From assembly GCA_038325595.1 (NCBI GenBank), contig JBBQJD010000002.1, positions 4,930-68,929 on the forward strand: a DNA stretch of 64,000 nt. The letters run 5' to 3'. Below, piece by piece: positions 9,432-19,147 of this stretch (the stretch's first letter is position 1; every line of letters begins with the position of its first letter). This DNA is from Bacteroidales bacterium (GTDB taxonomy: Bacteria; Bacteroidota; Bacteroidia; Bacteroidales; VadinHA17). The translations under genes and the position numbers were made by a program. Under the pieces are notes generated by a model. It did no database searches, had not been told where the DNA came from, and saw only the letters and a list, made by a program, of their open reading frames with translations.

Positions 9432-9854
9432 ATGACTCCCATGAAGAATATAGCTTTATTGTTACTGATTACAGGAACCATTTTTATTGCTTCCTGTAAA
9501 GACAAAGACTCAGAATCAGATAAATTTAAATTCTTAACTACTCCGACATGGGTAACAGATAGTCTTCTTGTAAATGGATTGGATGCAAGCGGTCCTGCCG
9601 GATTGCTTCAGGATTTCAAGGGAGATGTTAAATTCAATCCAGATGGTTCGGGCAGTTTCGGTAATTATACCGGTACATGGAGATTTGCTTTTAATGAAAC
9701 CCAGCTTGTTATATCAACTGATTCGCTTCCGCTGCCTTTAACAACAAAAATTGTAGAACTGACTCAGACATCCCTGAAACTTACAACAAGCTATCCGAAT
9801 CCTTTAAATCCAACTTCATTTATGGATATAAGAATGACCTTTAAGCCTAAGTGA
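9432..9854 (+). CDS. Small lipocalin-like lipoprotein, translationally coupled to the downstream TonB receptor
   Basis: 140 aa with lipobox FIASC. W-rich beta-strand pattern (TWVTDSLLVNG, TWRFAFNETQLVIS, LTQTSLKL). Its stop overlaps the next start (GTGATGA). Confidence 0.55.
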   Translation: MTPMKNIALLLLITGTIFIASCKDKDSESDKFKFLTTPTWVTDSLLVNGLDASGPAGLLQDFKGDVKFNPDGSGSFGNYTGTWRFAFNETQLVISTDSLPLPLTTKIVELTQTSLKLTTSYPNPLNPTSFMDIRMTFKPK

Positions 9855-12103
9855 TGAGGTTTGTTTTTTTCCTTATTATACTGATTTTCTTTACTTCTAT
9901 CGGTTTTCTATCCGCGCAGGGCATAGTAAAAGGAAAGGTTTTTGATATAAATACTCTTGAACCCCTTCACGGGGTTTATGTTATTTACGAAAAGGACAAG
10001 GGAACATCGACCGATGAAAATGGAACCTATTCAATAGAATCAGATTTTCCCACCATAGATATTACTTTTCAATTCATAGGCTATAAACCTTTTGAAAGAT
10101 CACTAAGATTAAATTCAGATGATCCTGTTGAATTGAATGTAGGCCTTGAAATGGAAATAAGGGAGATAGGACAGATTGTTATCAGTGCAGCGAGGTCAGA
10201 GGAAAGAATAACCGAACTGACTGTTTCGATGGATGTTATCAAATCAGGCGACTTCCTTAAAACACATATAACTGATGCACAGGAGCTTGTGAATAAAACA
10301 CCGGGTATCGAGGTGCTCGATGGACAGGCTTCAATAAGGGGAGGGAGTGGTTTCAGCTATGGTGTCGGAAGCAGAGTGCTTGCAATGATTGACGGTTTGC
10401 CGGTTCTTTCTCCTGATGCCGGAAATATAAAATGGCAATTCCTTCCTCTTGAAAATATATCACAAATTGAAATCATAAAAGGAGCATCATCTGTATTATA
10501 TGGCTCATCAGCCCTGAATGGAATAATCAATTTCCGTACTGCCGATGCTTCAGAAAAACCATTAACCCAATTCTTCGCCGAGACAGGAATATATGATAAA
10601 CCAAAAAATAAAAACTGGGTGTGGTGGGATACTCCGAGGATTTTTTCAAATTTAAGCTTTTCCCACCTTCAGAAATTCGGAAAAACTGATGTTGGCCTCG
10701 GAATCAGTTTGCTTGGAGACAATGGTTATAGAAAATATAATGATGAGAAACTGGGCAGGATAAGTCTTAGGATCAAACACAGACATGGTTCGGTAAGAGG
10801 GCTTGTATATGGACTCAATTTGAACGCCGGCTATACACCAAAAACAGATTTTGTTCTGTGGGAAGATGCAGAATACGGCGCTTTGAAGCAGGATACGTCG
10901 AGCGTATCATATCTGCACGGAAGCTTCTTCGCACTCGATCCGTATTTATCCTTAAATAAGGAAGGCCCCTTTAAACATGATCTGCGTATAAGGTTACAGA
11001 CAACAGGCAACAGGTTTCCTGTAAGGGATAATAATAATTCCAATGCATATTCATCTTACGCTGAATATCAGATTTATTTTAAAATATCAGATTTTATAAA
11101 CCTTACTTCCGGCCTTTCAGGGAACTATACGAAGGTATTTTCAAATTTTTATGGCGATCATCATGGTGTGAATATTGCAGGATTTTCACAGATGGAAGCT
11201 CATCCTGTTCCACGACTCAAACTGGTTGCAGGTTTAAGGATAGAGCAGAATTATCTCGATGGACAAAATGACAAGATAGTACCAATCTTCAGGACGGGAG
11301 CCAACTGGCAGGCTGCTGATCATACTTTTCTCCGTGCTTCCTTTGGTCAGGGATACCGCTATCCTTCCATTGCCGAAAAACATGCTTCCACAACACTTGG
11401 ATCGGTCAGGATATTCCCCAATCCTTTTGTTGAACCTGAATCGGGATGGAGCTCTGAAGCAGGGATAAAACAGGAAATGATGTCAGGGCAAATTAAAGGG
11501 CTGATTGATCTTTCTGTTTTCCTGTCACAGAACAGCGGTCTGATTGAATATATTTTCAGTAATTATCCTGATCCTGTCACAGGTATATTTGATTTTGGTT
11601 TCCAGGCTACAAATGTGGAGCAATCGAGAGTTTACGGATATGAGCTGGAGTTTGCGATGAACAGGGAAACCGGAAGGCTGAATACAACATTATCAGGTGG
11701 TTATACATATATTTATCCTGTTGAATATAATAACATTACTAATAAGGATACTGATATATTTCTGAAATACAGAAGGAAGCATTCGTTAAAGATCAGCCTT
11801 GGCAATTCATACAAAAAGTTTGATCTTGGAATAAGCTTTTTCCTGAAGTCGAAAATATTAAATATTGATGATGTATTTGTGAATGAGTTCACAAGAGAAA
11901 GTATCCTGCCGGGTTTTTACGGATACTGGCTGGAAAACAACACAGGATATTTTCTTCTCGACAGCAATCTGGGATATAATATTAATAATAACTTTAGCCT
12001 TTCGCTGGCTGTGAAAAATATAACAAACACTGAATACATGGGCAGGCCCGGAGATATTCAGCCTCAAAGAAATTTTAGTCTGAGATTATCAGGGAAATTT
12101 TAA
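9851..12103 (+). CDS. TonB-dependent receptor with an N-terminal carboxypeptidase-regulatory-like domain; ATG at 9854 is the likely start
   Basis: 750 aa. Plug-domain motifs (IEVLDGQASIRGGSG, IEIIKGASSVLYGSSALNGIINF) and a C-terminal aromatic residue (...LSGKF). Confidence 0.85.
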   Translation: MMRFVFFLIILIFFTSIGFLSAQGIVKGKVFDINTLEPLHGVYVIYEKDKGTSTDENGTYSIESDFPTIDITFQFIGYKPFERSLRLNSDDPVELNVGLEMEIREIGQIVISAARSEERITELTVSMDVIKSGDFLKTHITDAQELVNKTPGIEVLDGQASIRGGSGFSYGVGSRVLAMIDGLPVLSPDAGNIKWQFLPLENISQIEIIKGASSVLYGSSALNGIINFRTADASEKPLTQFFAETGIYDKPKNKNWVWWDTPRIFSNLSFSHLQKFGKTDVGLGISLLGDNGYRKYNDEKLGRISLRIKHRHGSVRGLVYGLNLNAGYTPKTDFVLWEDAEYGALKQDTSSVSYLHGSFFALDPYLSLNKEGPFKHDLRIRLQTTGNRFPVRDNNNSNAYSSYAEYQIYFKISDFINLTSGLSGNYTKVFSNFYGDHHGVNIAGFSQMEAHPVPRLKLVAGLRIEQNYLDGQNDKIVPIFRTGANWQAADHTFLRASFGQGYRYPSIAEKHASTTLGSVRIFPNPFVEPESGWSSEAGIKQEMMSGQIKGLIDLSVFLSQNSGLIEYIFSNYPDPVTGIFDFGFQATNVEQSRVYGYELEFAMNRETGRLNTTLSGGYTYIYPVEYNNITNKDTDIFLKYRRKHSLKISLGNSYKKFDLGISFFLKSKILNIDDVFVNEFTRESILPGFYGYWLENNTGYFLLDSNLGYNINNNFSLSLAVKNITNTEYMGRPGDIQPQRNFSLRLSGKF

Positions 12104-12112
12104 CTTTATATT

Positions 12113-13720
12113 GTGCAATCAAATAAACTAAAAATGAAGCCCTCCTGTTTAAAAGCGCTGATCCTTGTCTCTCCCTGGCTATTTTCGAAATGTAATTCTT
12201 CTGAGGGAGATATCCCGCCGGTCCGCCCGAATATCCTCATTGCAATGGGCGATGATATTTCATTTCCCCATATGTCTGCATATGGCACTACCTGGGTGAA
12301 AACCCCGGGATTTGACAGGGTTGCACAAAATGGCATTCTATTCAATAATGCTTATACACCGAATTCAAAATCATCTCCTTCAAGAGCGTGTTTCCTTACC
12401 GGAAGAAATAGCTGGCAGCTTGAAGAAGCTGCTAACCATGTGCCTTTCTTTCCGGCAAAATTTAAGACTTTTATGGAATCACTTGCTGAGAATGATTACT
12501 ATACGGGACATACTGCAAAGGGATGGGCCCCGGGGGTTGCTCTCGACAGTACAGGTCAGGCACGTCTTCTTACAGGAAAAGCTTTCAATGAAAAAAAAAC
12601 AGTCGCACCTACAACCGGAATATCTGATAACGATTATTCAGGGAATTTTGAAGATTTTCTTGATTCCAGGGAAGAAAATAAACCTTTCTGTTTCTGGTAT
12701 GGATCAACTGAACCGCACAGGAAATATGAATATGGATCAGGGGTAACTAAAGGCGGAAAAGCACTTTCCGATGTTAATAAGATCTATAAATTCTGGCCTG
12801 AGGATGAAATCGTAAGAAACGATCTTCTCGATTATGCATATGAAATAGAGCATTTCGATAATCATCTGGTAAGGATGCTTGAAATACTTGAGAAGCATGG
12901 TGAGCTTGAAAATACTATTATTATTGTTACAGCTGATAACGGGATGCCATTCCCCCGGGTAAAAGGTCAGGCCTATGAATATTCAAATCATTTGCCACTT
13001 GCAATTATGTGGCCTGCCGGGATAAAAAAACCGGGACGTAAAGTATCTGATTTCATCAGTTTTATTGATTTTGCTCCTACCCTGCTCGAAGCGGCCGGGG
13101 CAGAATCAGAATCAAAGTTGGAACATATTGAAGGTAAGAGCTTTATGAATATTTTGAATTCCAGGAAGAAGGGTTACGTGGATAGAAACCGGAATTCTGT
13201 TCTCATAGGTAAAGAGCGTCACGATGTTGGAAGGCCTGATGACACAGGTTACCCTGTAAGGGCCATAATAAAGGATGGTTTTTTATTTATTAAGAACTAT
13301 AATCCTGAACGCTGGCCGGCAGGTAATCCTGAAACAGGATATCTGAACTGTGATGGAAGCCCGACAAAAACCCTGATACTGAATATGAACAGGAATAGAA
13401 TATCTTCGGACTACTGGAAACAGAATTTCGGAAGAAGAGGCGGAGAAGAATTGTATGAAATAGGAAAAGACCCGGAGTGCTTGAAGAATCTGGCAAATGA
13501 TGCCGGGTATAATTCTGTACTTCGAAAGCTGCGGGAAGAACTTTATCTTGAACTTTTGCAGCAGGATGATCCAAGAGTTTATAATAATGGAGATATATTT
13601 GACAAATATCCGTATGCAGAGGTTGCCACAAGGGATTTTTACAACAGATTCATGAAAGGTGAACTTAATAAGAAAGATGCAGGCTGGGTTGACTCAACAG
13701 ATTTTGAAAAAATTAAATAA
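12113..13720 (+). CDS. Sulfatase (S1 family), Ser-type active-site motif; likely start ATG 12134
   Basis: 535 aa. Sulfatase signature SSPSRACFLTGR (S-x-P-x-R instead of C-x-P-x-R), plus MGDDISFPHMSAYG and TADNGMPFPR blocks. Confidence 0.85.
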   Translation: MQSNKLKMKPSCLKALILVSPWLFSKCNSSEGDIPPVRPNILIAMGDDISFPHMSAYGTTWVKTPGFDRVAQNGILFNNAYTPNSKSSPSRACFLTGRNSWQLEEAANHVPFFPAKFKTFMESLAENDYYTGHTAKGWAPGVALDSTGQARLLTGKAFNEKKTVAPTTGISDNDYSGNFEDFLDSREENKPFCFWYGSTEPHRKYEYGSGVTKGGKALSDVNKIYKFWPEDEIVRNDLLDYAYEIEHFDNHLVRMLEILEKHGELENTIIIVTADNGMPFPRVKGQAYEYSNHLPLAIMWPAGIKKPGRKVSDFISFIDFAPTLLEAAGAESESKLEHIEGKSFMNILNSRKKGYVDRNRNSVLIGKERHDVGRPDDTGYPVRAIIKDGFLFIKNYNPERWPAGNPETGYLNCDGSPTKTLILNMNRNRISSDYWKQNFGRRGGEELYEIGKDPECLKNLANDAGYNSVLRKLREELYLELLQQDDPRVYNNGDIFDKYPYAEVATRDFYNRFMKGELNKKDAGWVDSTDFEKIK

Positions 13721-13727
13721 CTGACTT

Positions 13728-16700
13728 ATGAAGAAATACGGAAAAAATCCGGTACAGGTCCTCCTGATTGCCCTGCTCATTATGTTTATTCTCCAAGCAT
13801 GTCAGAAAAATGTCACTCCTATTGTAAAAATACCGGATTTTGCAACTCTTGCTTCACAATTTGAAGCACCTCCTGCTGAATATACCACTGCTCCTTTTTT
13901 TGTCTGGAATGCTGAAATAACTGAAACTGAAGTTGATAATTATCTCACCAGCTTCAAAAATTCAGGTTCATCGCAGGTAATCATTCATCCACGTCCCGGA
14001 TTAATAACCGAATACCTGTCTGAAGAATGGTTCAGGTTGTTCAGGTATACAGTCAACAGAGGAAAAGAGCTCGGAATGAAAGTGTGGATTTATGATGAAA
14101 ACTCATATCCAAGCGGCTTTGCAGGCGGACATGTGCCTGATCAGATGCCTGAATCGTATAATCAGGGACAGGGACTCATCATGACAAAATTTGAACAACT
14201 GCCTGATTCAGCAAGTAAATATTACCTGTGCCTGAAGGATGAAAATGGCATATACTCAAACATTACTTCGCTTATAGATCAGGAAAGAGGGAAAAAAGGC
14301 AACTATCTTTTATTCTCAAAAACCTATTATGAAAAATCCGACTGGTATGGAGGCAAGTCATATGTTGACCTTCTCTATCCGGGTGTTACCCAAAAGTTTA
14401 TCGAAATAACGATGTCGGGCTATGAGGCAATAATTGGTGATGAGTTCGGCCTGACTGTACCCGGAACCTTTACCGACGAACCGGAAATAGTTTCTCCGGG
14501 AGGTGTACGCTGGACTCCCGATTTGTTTGATGTATTTCAGGAACAATGGCATTATGATCTGAGGACGGAACTGCCTTCTCTTTTTGAAGAAACCGGGGAC
14601 TGGAAAAGAATAAGGCATAATTATACACAGACTTTGCTTCAGTTGTTTATTGACCGGTGGGCAAAGCCATGGTATTCTTATTGTGAAGAAAAAGGACTCA
14701 GGTTCACAGGACATTACTGGGAGCATGAATGGCCAAACATGCGTCCGGGAGGAGACAATATGGCAATGTACGCATGGCACCAGGTTCCGGCAGTCGATAT
14801 GCTTTTCAACCAGTGGGATGATTCCTCGCCTAAGGCTCAGTTTGGCAATGTGAGGGCTATAAAGGAGTTGGCCAGTGCTGCGAATCAAACGGGAGCAGAA
14901 AGAAAGCTAAGTGAGACCTATGGTGGGGCAGGCTGGGAGATTACCTTCGCTGAGATGAAAAGGAACGGTGACTGGGAATTTGCCCTCGGGGTTAACCTAA
15001 TGAATCAGCATTTATCTCATTTCACACTTGCAGGAGCCAGAAAATACGACTATCCGCCTACCTTCACCTATCATGAACCCTGGTGGCAGGATTATAAATA
15101 TCTGAATGATCATTATGCAAGGCTTTCCCTGGCACTATCGTCAGGCAGACAGGTGAATGACATTCTGATATTGGAACCAACCACAACATCCTGGTTATAT
15201 GATTCTTACAATAAACCAGGCAAGCAATGCAATGAGATCGGCCAGTCATTCCAGACCTTTATTACAATGCTTGAGAAAGGTCAGGTTGAATATGATCTTG
15301 GGTCTGAAAATATAATAAAAGATTTGGGTAATGTTTCTCAGGGCCGGTTTGCCGTAGGCCAGGCAAGCTATTCAAAAGTAGTCATTCCGCCCATGACAGA
15401 GAACCTTGACCGGGCAACATTCCAGCTTCTTCGGAAATTTATTTCAGCAAAAGGCACTCTAATAGCATTTTCAATACCAACCCTGGTAGACGGATCTCCA
15501 AACGAAGATCTTAAAAAACTGTTTGAAAAAAAATCTGAAAGAATTCTAATTATAGAAAAACTTACCCCTGAAGTAATTTCAGAAAATTTTCAGAATATTA
15601 ATCTGAAATTTGATGAAGTAAAAGGAGGTGATCTGTATCACCATCGAAGAATGATGTCCAACGGTCAGCTTATTCTTCTTGTGAATTCAAGTATGAAAGA
15701 ATCACTTGAAGGAGAACTATCGGCTGAAGGAAAAGGTGCTGTTGAGCTGAACACTCTTGCAGGCGAGATAAAAGGCTTTCCCTTCCGGCAGACAGGTGAT
15801 AATATAAGACTGACTTACTCAATTCCTCCCGCCGGCAGCCTTTTGCTTTATATTCCGGCAGAAAAGCAGAATGATTACCCGTTAGCAGAAGCACAGAATA
15901 ACTTTTCTCCTGTTTCACAATCTTCTCCTCTTACAGTTTCAAGGATGAATGAAAATGCCCTTATGATTGATTTCTGCAATCTGGAGCTTGGAAAGGATCA
16001 GTTTCGCGATCTTCATGTTTATGATGCAGCCGACAAGGTTTTTAAATATCATGGCTTTAAAAACGGAAATCCCTGGAATACATCCGTCCAGTTTAAAAAT
16101 AATACTGTCAGCAGGGATACATTCCGAACAGGAACAGGCTTCACAGCGACATATAATTTTAATATCAGAGGAAAATTTGATTATGCCGACATGAAAGCTG
16201 TTGTTGAGCGTCCCGGATTATGGACAGTATCCATAAATGGAATTATTATAAAACCTGAAGACGGTCAGTGGTGGCTCGACAGGTCATTTGGAGTATTCAA
16301 TATAGGATCGAATGTTAAATCCGGGAAGAACACTATCGTACTCAGAACAGAACCGATGAAAATCCATGCCGAAATAGAACCTGTTTATTTAACTGGGAAT
16401 TTCTCGGTAATTCCTGTTCTGAAAGGATGGACTGTTGAAGCGCCCTTACCCGTATATAAAACCGGAAGCTGGAAAACACAGGGAATGCCATTCTATTCCT
16501 GGGGGATAAACTATAGTAAGGAATATAGTATTGAAAGTAATGAAGGAAAATGGGAAGTCAGTCTGGGCAAATGGAACGGAACAGTTGCAGAAGTGTCTGT
16601 AAACGGACAGCCTGCACCCCGGATCGCATTCCCTCCGTACCGAAGCGATGTAAGCTCATTGATTAAACCGGGAATTAATAATATTGAGGTCAGGGTTATT

Positions 16701-16862
16701 GGCAGTCTTAAAAACCTTCTGGGACCACATCATAATAATCCGAAACCAGGAATGGTTTCTCCATGGATCTGGAGAAATGTGAAAGGCTATCCTTCCGGAA
16801 ACAACTATCAAATGCTTGATTATGGGCTGTTTGAAGACTTTACTCTGAATGGAGGGATTTAA
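13728..16862 (+). CDS. Large secreted glycoside-hydrolase-like lipoprotein; the family cannot be assigned by eye (possibly the GH106-like jelly-roll class)
   Basis: 1044 aa with lipobox ILQAC. VWIYDENSYPSGFAGGHV and the length resemble large Bacteroidota glycosidases. Operon context with the sulfatase (7-bp gap). Confidence 0.5.
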   Translation: MKKYGKNPVQVLLIALLIMFILQACQKNVTPIVKIPDFATLASQFEAPPAEYTTAPFFVWNAEITETEVDNYLTSFKNSGSSQVIIHPRPGLITEYLSEEWFRLFRYTVNRGKELGMKVWIYDENSYPSGFAGGHVPDQMPESYNQGQGLIMTKFEQLPDSASKYYLCLKDENGIYSNITSLIDQERGKKGNYLLFSKTYYEKSDWYGGKSYVDLLYPGVTQKFIEITMSGYEAIIGDEFGLTVPGTFTDEPEIVSPGGVRWTPDLFDVFQEQWHYDLRTELPSLFEETGDWKRIRHNYTQTLLQLFIDRWAKPWYSYCEEKGLRFTGHYWEHEWPNMRPGGDNMAMYAWHQVPAVDMLFNQWDDSSPKAQFGNVRAIKELASAANQTGAERKLSETYGGAGWEITFAEMKRNGDWEFALGVNLMNQHLSHFTLAGARKYDYPPTFTYHEPWWQDYKYLNDHYARLSLALSSGRQVNDILILEPTTTSWLYDSYNKPGKQCNEIGQSFQTFITMLEKGQVEYDLGSENIIKDLGNVSQGRFAVGQASYSKVVIPPMTENLDRATFQLLRKFISAKGTLIAFSIPTLVDGSPNEDLKKLFEKKSERILIIEKLTPEVISENFQNINLKFDEVKGGDLYHHRRMMSNGQLILLVNSSMKESLEGELSAEGKGAVELNTLAGEIKGFPFRQTGDNIRLTYSIPPAGSLLLYIPAEKQNDYPLAEAQNNFSPVSQSSPLTVSRMNENALMIDFCNLELGKDQFRDLHVYDAADKVFKYHGFKNGNPWNTSVQFKNNTVSRDTFRTGTGFTATYNFNIRGKFDYADMKAVVERPGLWTVSINGIIIKPEDGQWWLDRSFGVFNIGSNVKSGKNTIVLRTEPMKIHAEIEPVYLTGNFSVIPVLKGWTVEAPLPVYKTGSWKTQGMPFYSWGINYSKEYSIESNEGKWEVSLGKWNGTVAEVSVNGQPAPRIAFPPYRSDVSSLIKPGINNIEVRVIGSLKNLLGPHHNNPKPGMVSPWIWRNVKGYPSGNNYQMLDYGLFEDFTLNGGI

Positions 16863-17164
16863 GATTTATAAACGCACGCCTCATGGTCGCACCGGAGGGC
16901 ACGTAAAAATCCACGGAAATTTTCTGTGTTTTATTGGTGAAACCCGTGGTGAAAAAAATATGCCTGATTTTTCGAATATTTTCAACCACCGCTTACAAGA
17001 TATTAAAAATCAAACTACTATTTTAGACTTATTTGCAGAAATGAATTTAATTTCTACATTTGATCAGTTAAAGAGTGTTCTTTGATACCTAATCAATAAG
17101 TTGAACAAGATATTAATTGAGGGCACTGTACCTCTGAAACTTAACTTAACTTAAATTATAATTC

Positions 17165-18778
17165 ATGAGAAAACTTCTATCATTTGTTGCTGCTATGTTT
17201 ATTACCGGCAGTGTCCTTGCCGGCGGACTGGTTACAAACACTAATCATAGTGCGATGTTTACCCGTCTTCAAAACCGCAATGCATCTACCGGTATTGATG
17301 CCGTCTACTACAATCCGGCAGGACTGACCAAACTTGGGAATGGTTTTTATGTATCCCTGAATAATCAAACCATCGGTCAGACCAAAACTGTCGGCAATAA
17401 TTATCAATTTATTGAAGGAGCTCCGAAAGATTATGTTGGAAATGTCAGCGCCCCTTTATATCCCGGAGTATACGCAGCTTTTGTAACCGGGAAACTGGCT
17501 TTCTCAGCAGGATTCAATCCTGTTGGCGGTGGCGGTGGTGCAACTTATGATAAAGGATTGCCTTCATTTGAAACAATGGTAGCTGACCTTGTTCCTCTCC
17601 TGAACAGCCAGAATTTTCCAACTTCACAATACTCAGCTGATATCTTTTTTGAAGGAACTTCAGTATATTTCGGTTATCAGGGAAATATATCATATAAAAT
17701 AAATGATATGATCTCTGTGGCTGCCGGTGTAAGATATGTAACTGCTAAAAATACCTACAACGGTCATTTAAGAAACATAAGTGTTAACCCAACCTTCCCG
17801 GTTTTTGGTGCAACAGGAAACATGATGCTGGCAAGTGATTTTTTTGCTACCGGCGCTACTACTCTTAATGGATTGGCACTTGCTTCAACGAGTGCAGCAA
17901 CAGGGTTAACAACATTAATAACCGGAGGAGTTCCTGCAGCTACTCCGGTTAGCGCATTACCTGCAGCGACAGCTGCCGGTATTACCCAGATTTTAGGCGC
18001 TGCAGGTATAAGTACTGCCGGAATGAATATTGGCACTGCCGCTGCAACCCTTAATGCGGTCGCTCCGGGATTCACACAAAATGCAGCTGTAATGAGCGGC
18101 TATTCAACTGCAACTGGCGATATTAATGTTGACGCCGAACAGACAGGTTCTGGTATAACCCCGATAATAAGTGTAAATATTACACCTAATGATAAACTGA
18201 ACATAGCTTTGAAATATGAATTCCAAACTAATCTTGAACTGACAACATCCCTTGCAGGTCCCGCATTAGGAGGAGGCATCTTCACTGAAGGAGCCAAAAC
18301 AATAGCAGACATGCCGGCATTGCTTGCAGCAGGAGTTGAATTCAGACCTATCGAAAAACTTATGGTAGCTGCCAGCATGAATATGTATTTTGACAAGAAT
18401 GTTGATTATGATGGCAGTGAATCACTTGATATTAACATGATTGATAATAATTTCCTTGAATACGGCCTTGGACTTGAATATGGCATATCAGAGAAATTAC
18501 GCGCCAGCGCCGGATGGGTGGCAACCTCAACCGGAGTAAACGATGCTTATCAGAATGATCAGAGGTACAGTACCAATACCAACTCATTTGGTGCAGGTAT
18601 CGGTTACAGGATCACTCCAATGATTGACCTGAACCTTGGTGGACAATATACATTCTATGCAGAAGGTTCTAAAGATTACAATCACATTCTTGGAGGCAAC
18701 CCTATTCCTGTTACAGAAACCTATGGCAAAAAGACATGGATTGTCGGTCTGGGTCTCGATTTCTATTTTGGAAAATAA
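17165..18778 (+). CDS. FadL/OmpP1/TodX-like outer-membrane transport protein with an Ala/Thr/Gly-rich insert
   Basis: 537 aa with a signal peptide. N-terminal block NASTGIDAVYYNPAGL resembles the FadL hatch motif (..DA....NPA.L). Alternating beta-strand pattern near the C-terminus. Confidence 0.55.
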   Translation: MRKLLSFVAAMFITGSVLAGGLVTNTNHSAMFTRLQNRNASTGIDAVYYNPAGLTKLGNGFYVSLNNQTIGQTKTVGNNYQFIEGAPKDYVGNVSAPLYPGVYAAFVTGKLAFSAGFNPVGGGGGATYDKGLPSFETMVADLVPLLNSQNFPTSQYSADIFFEGTSVYFGYQGNISYKINDMISVAAGVRYVTAKNTYNGHLRNISVNPTFPVFGATGNMMLASDFFATGATTLNGLALASTSAATGLTTLITGGVPAATPVSALPAATAAGITQILGAAGISTAGMNIGTAAATLNAVAPGFTQNAAVMSGYSTATGDINVDAEQTGSGITPIISVNITPNDKLNIALKYEFQTNLELTTSLAGPALGGGIFTEGAKTIADMPALLAAGVEFRPIEKLMVAASMNMYFDKNVDYDGSESLDINMIDNNFLEYGLGLEYGISEKLRASAGWVATSTGVNDAYQNDQRYSTNTNSFGAGIGYRITPMIDLNLGGQYTFYAEGSKDYNHILGGNPIPVTETYGKKTWIVGLGLDFYFGK

Positions 18779-18801
18779 ACTAACCTAACCTAAATACCTT
18801 G

Positions 18802-18840
18802 ATAAGGGCTTCTCTGCAAAGAGTAGCCCTTATTGTTTTA
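18802..18840 (+). terminator. Rho-independent terminator candidate downstream of the FadL-like gene
   Basis: ATAAGGGCTTCTCT-GCAA-AGAGTAGCCCTTAT hairpin (one mismatch) followed by TGTTTT. Confidence 0.6.
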
Positions 18841-18922
18841 ATAACCCGAAATCCGTAAACGCAAAGGACGCAAAGTTTTTAAGCAGAGGTCGCAAAGAAT
18901 TCTCTAAATCTCTCAGTCTCTC

Positions 18923-19087
18923 CGTCCCTTCGTCTGTGTAAGTTCTTAGTTTTTTGCCCCTAAATCCACTGAAGGGGACTTAATACAGTTAAGTAAGCCG
19001 GATTTTGTTTCATTCCTTAGTAGTTTTTATGCTTTCTTACTCTCTGTTCCCTCTGTGCCTTCTCTGTATGGCTCTGTGTAAGTTCTT
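18923..19087. repeat. Composite repeat region: CGTCCCTTCGTC (echo of the 1-175 unit), a 14-bp direct repeat CTGTGTAAGTTCTT (18934-18947 and 19074-19087), and a CTCTGTG-type array (19042-19087)
   Basis: Direct reading. It shares units with the arrays at 1-175 and 38958-39215. Confidence 0.85.
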
Positions 19088-19147
19088 CATCTCTACTTTA
19101 TCAATTCCAGAGGTTATTAAGCAGTTTTAAACCTAAAACTCCATTTC

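Noticed and set aside
16849-17085. 78-aa plus-strand ORF in the gap before the FadL-like gene
   Set aside because: It overlaps the stop region of the upstream gene and has no motif, signal peptide or coupling. The region looks like the same class of hairpin-bearing non-coding spacer (TCCACGG...CCGTGGTGAAAAAAA).
17764-18396. Minus-strand ORFs 17764..18075 and 18100..18396 (Ala/Pro/Val-rich)
   Set aside because: They are antisense shadows of the GC-rich Ala/Thr/Gly-coding insert in the FadL-like gene. Long open antisense frames are expected in such regions.
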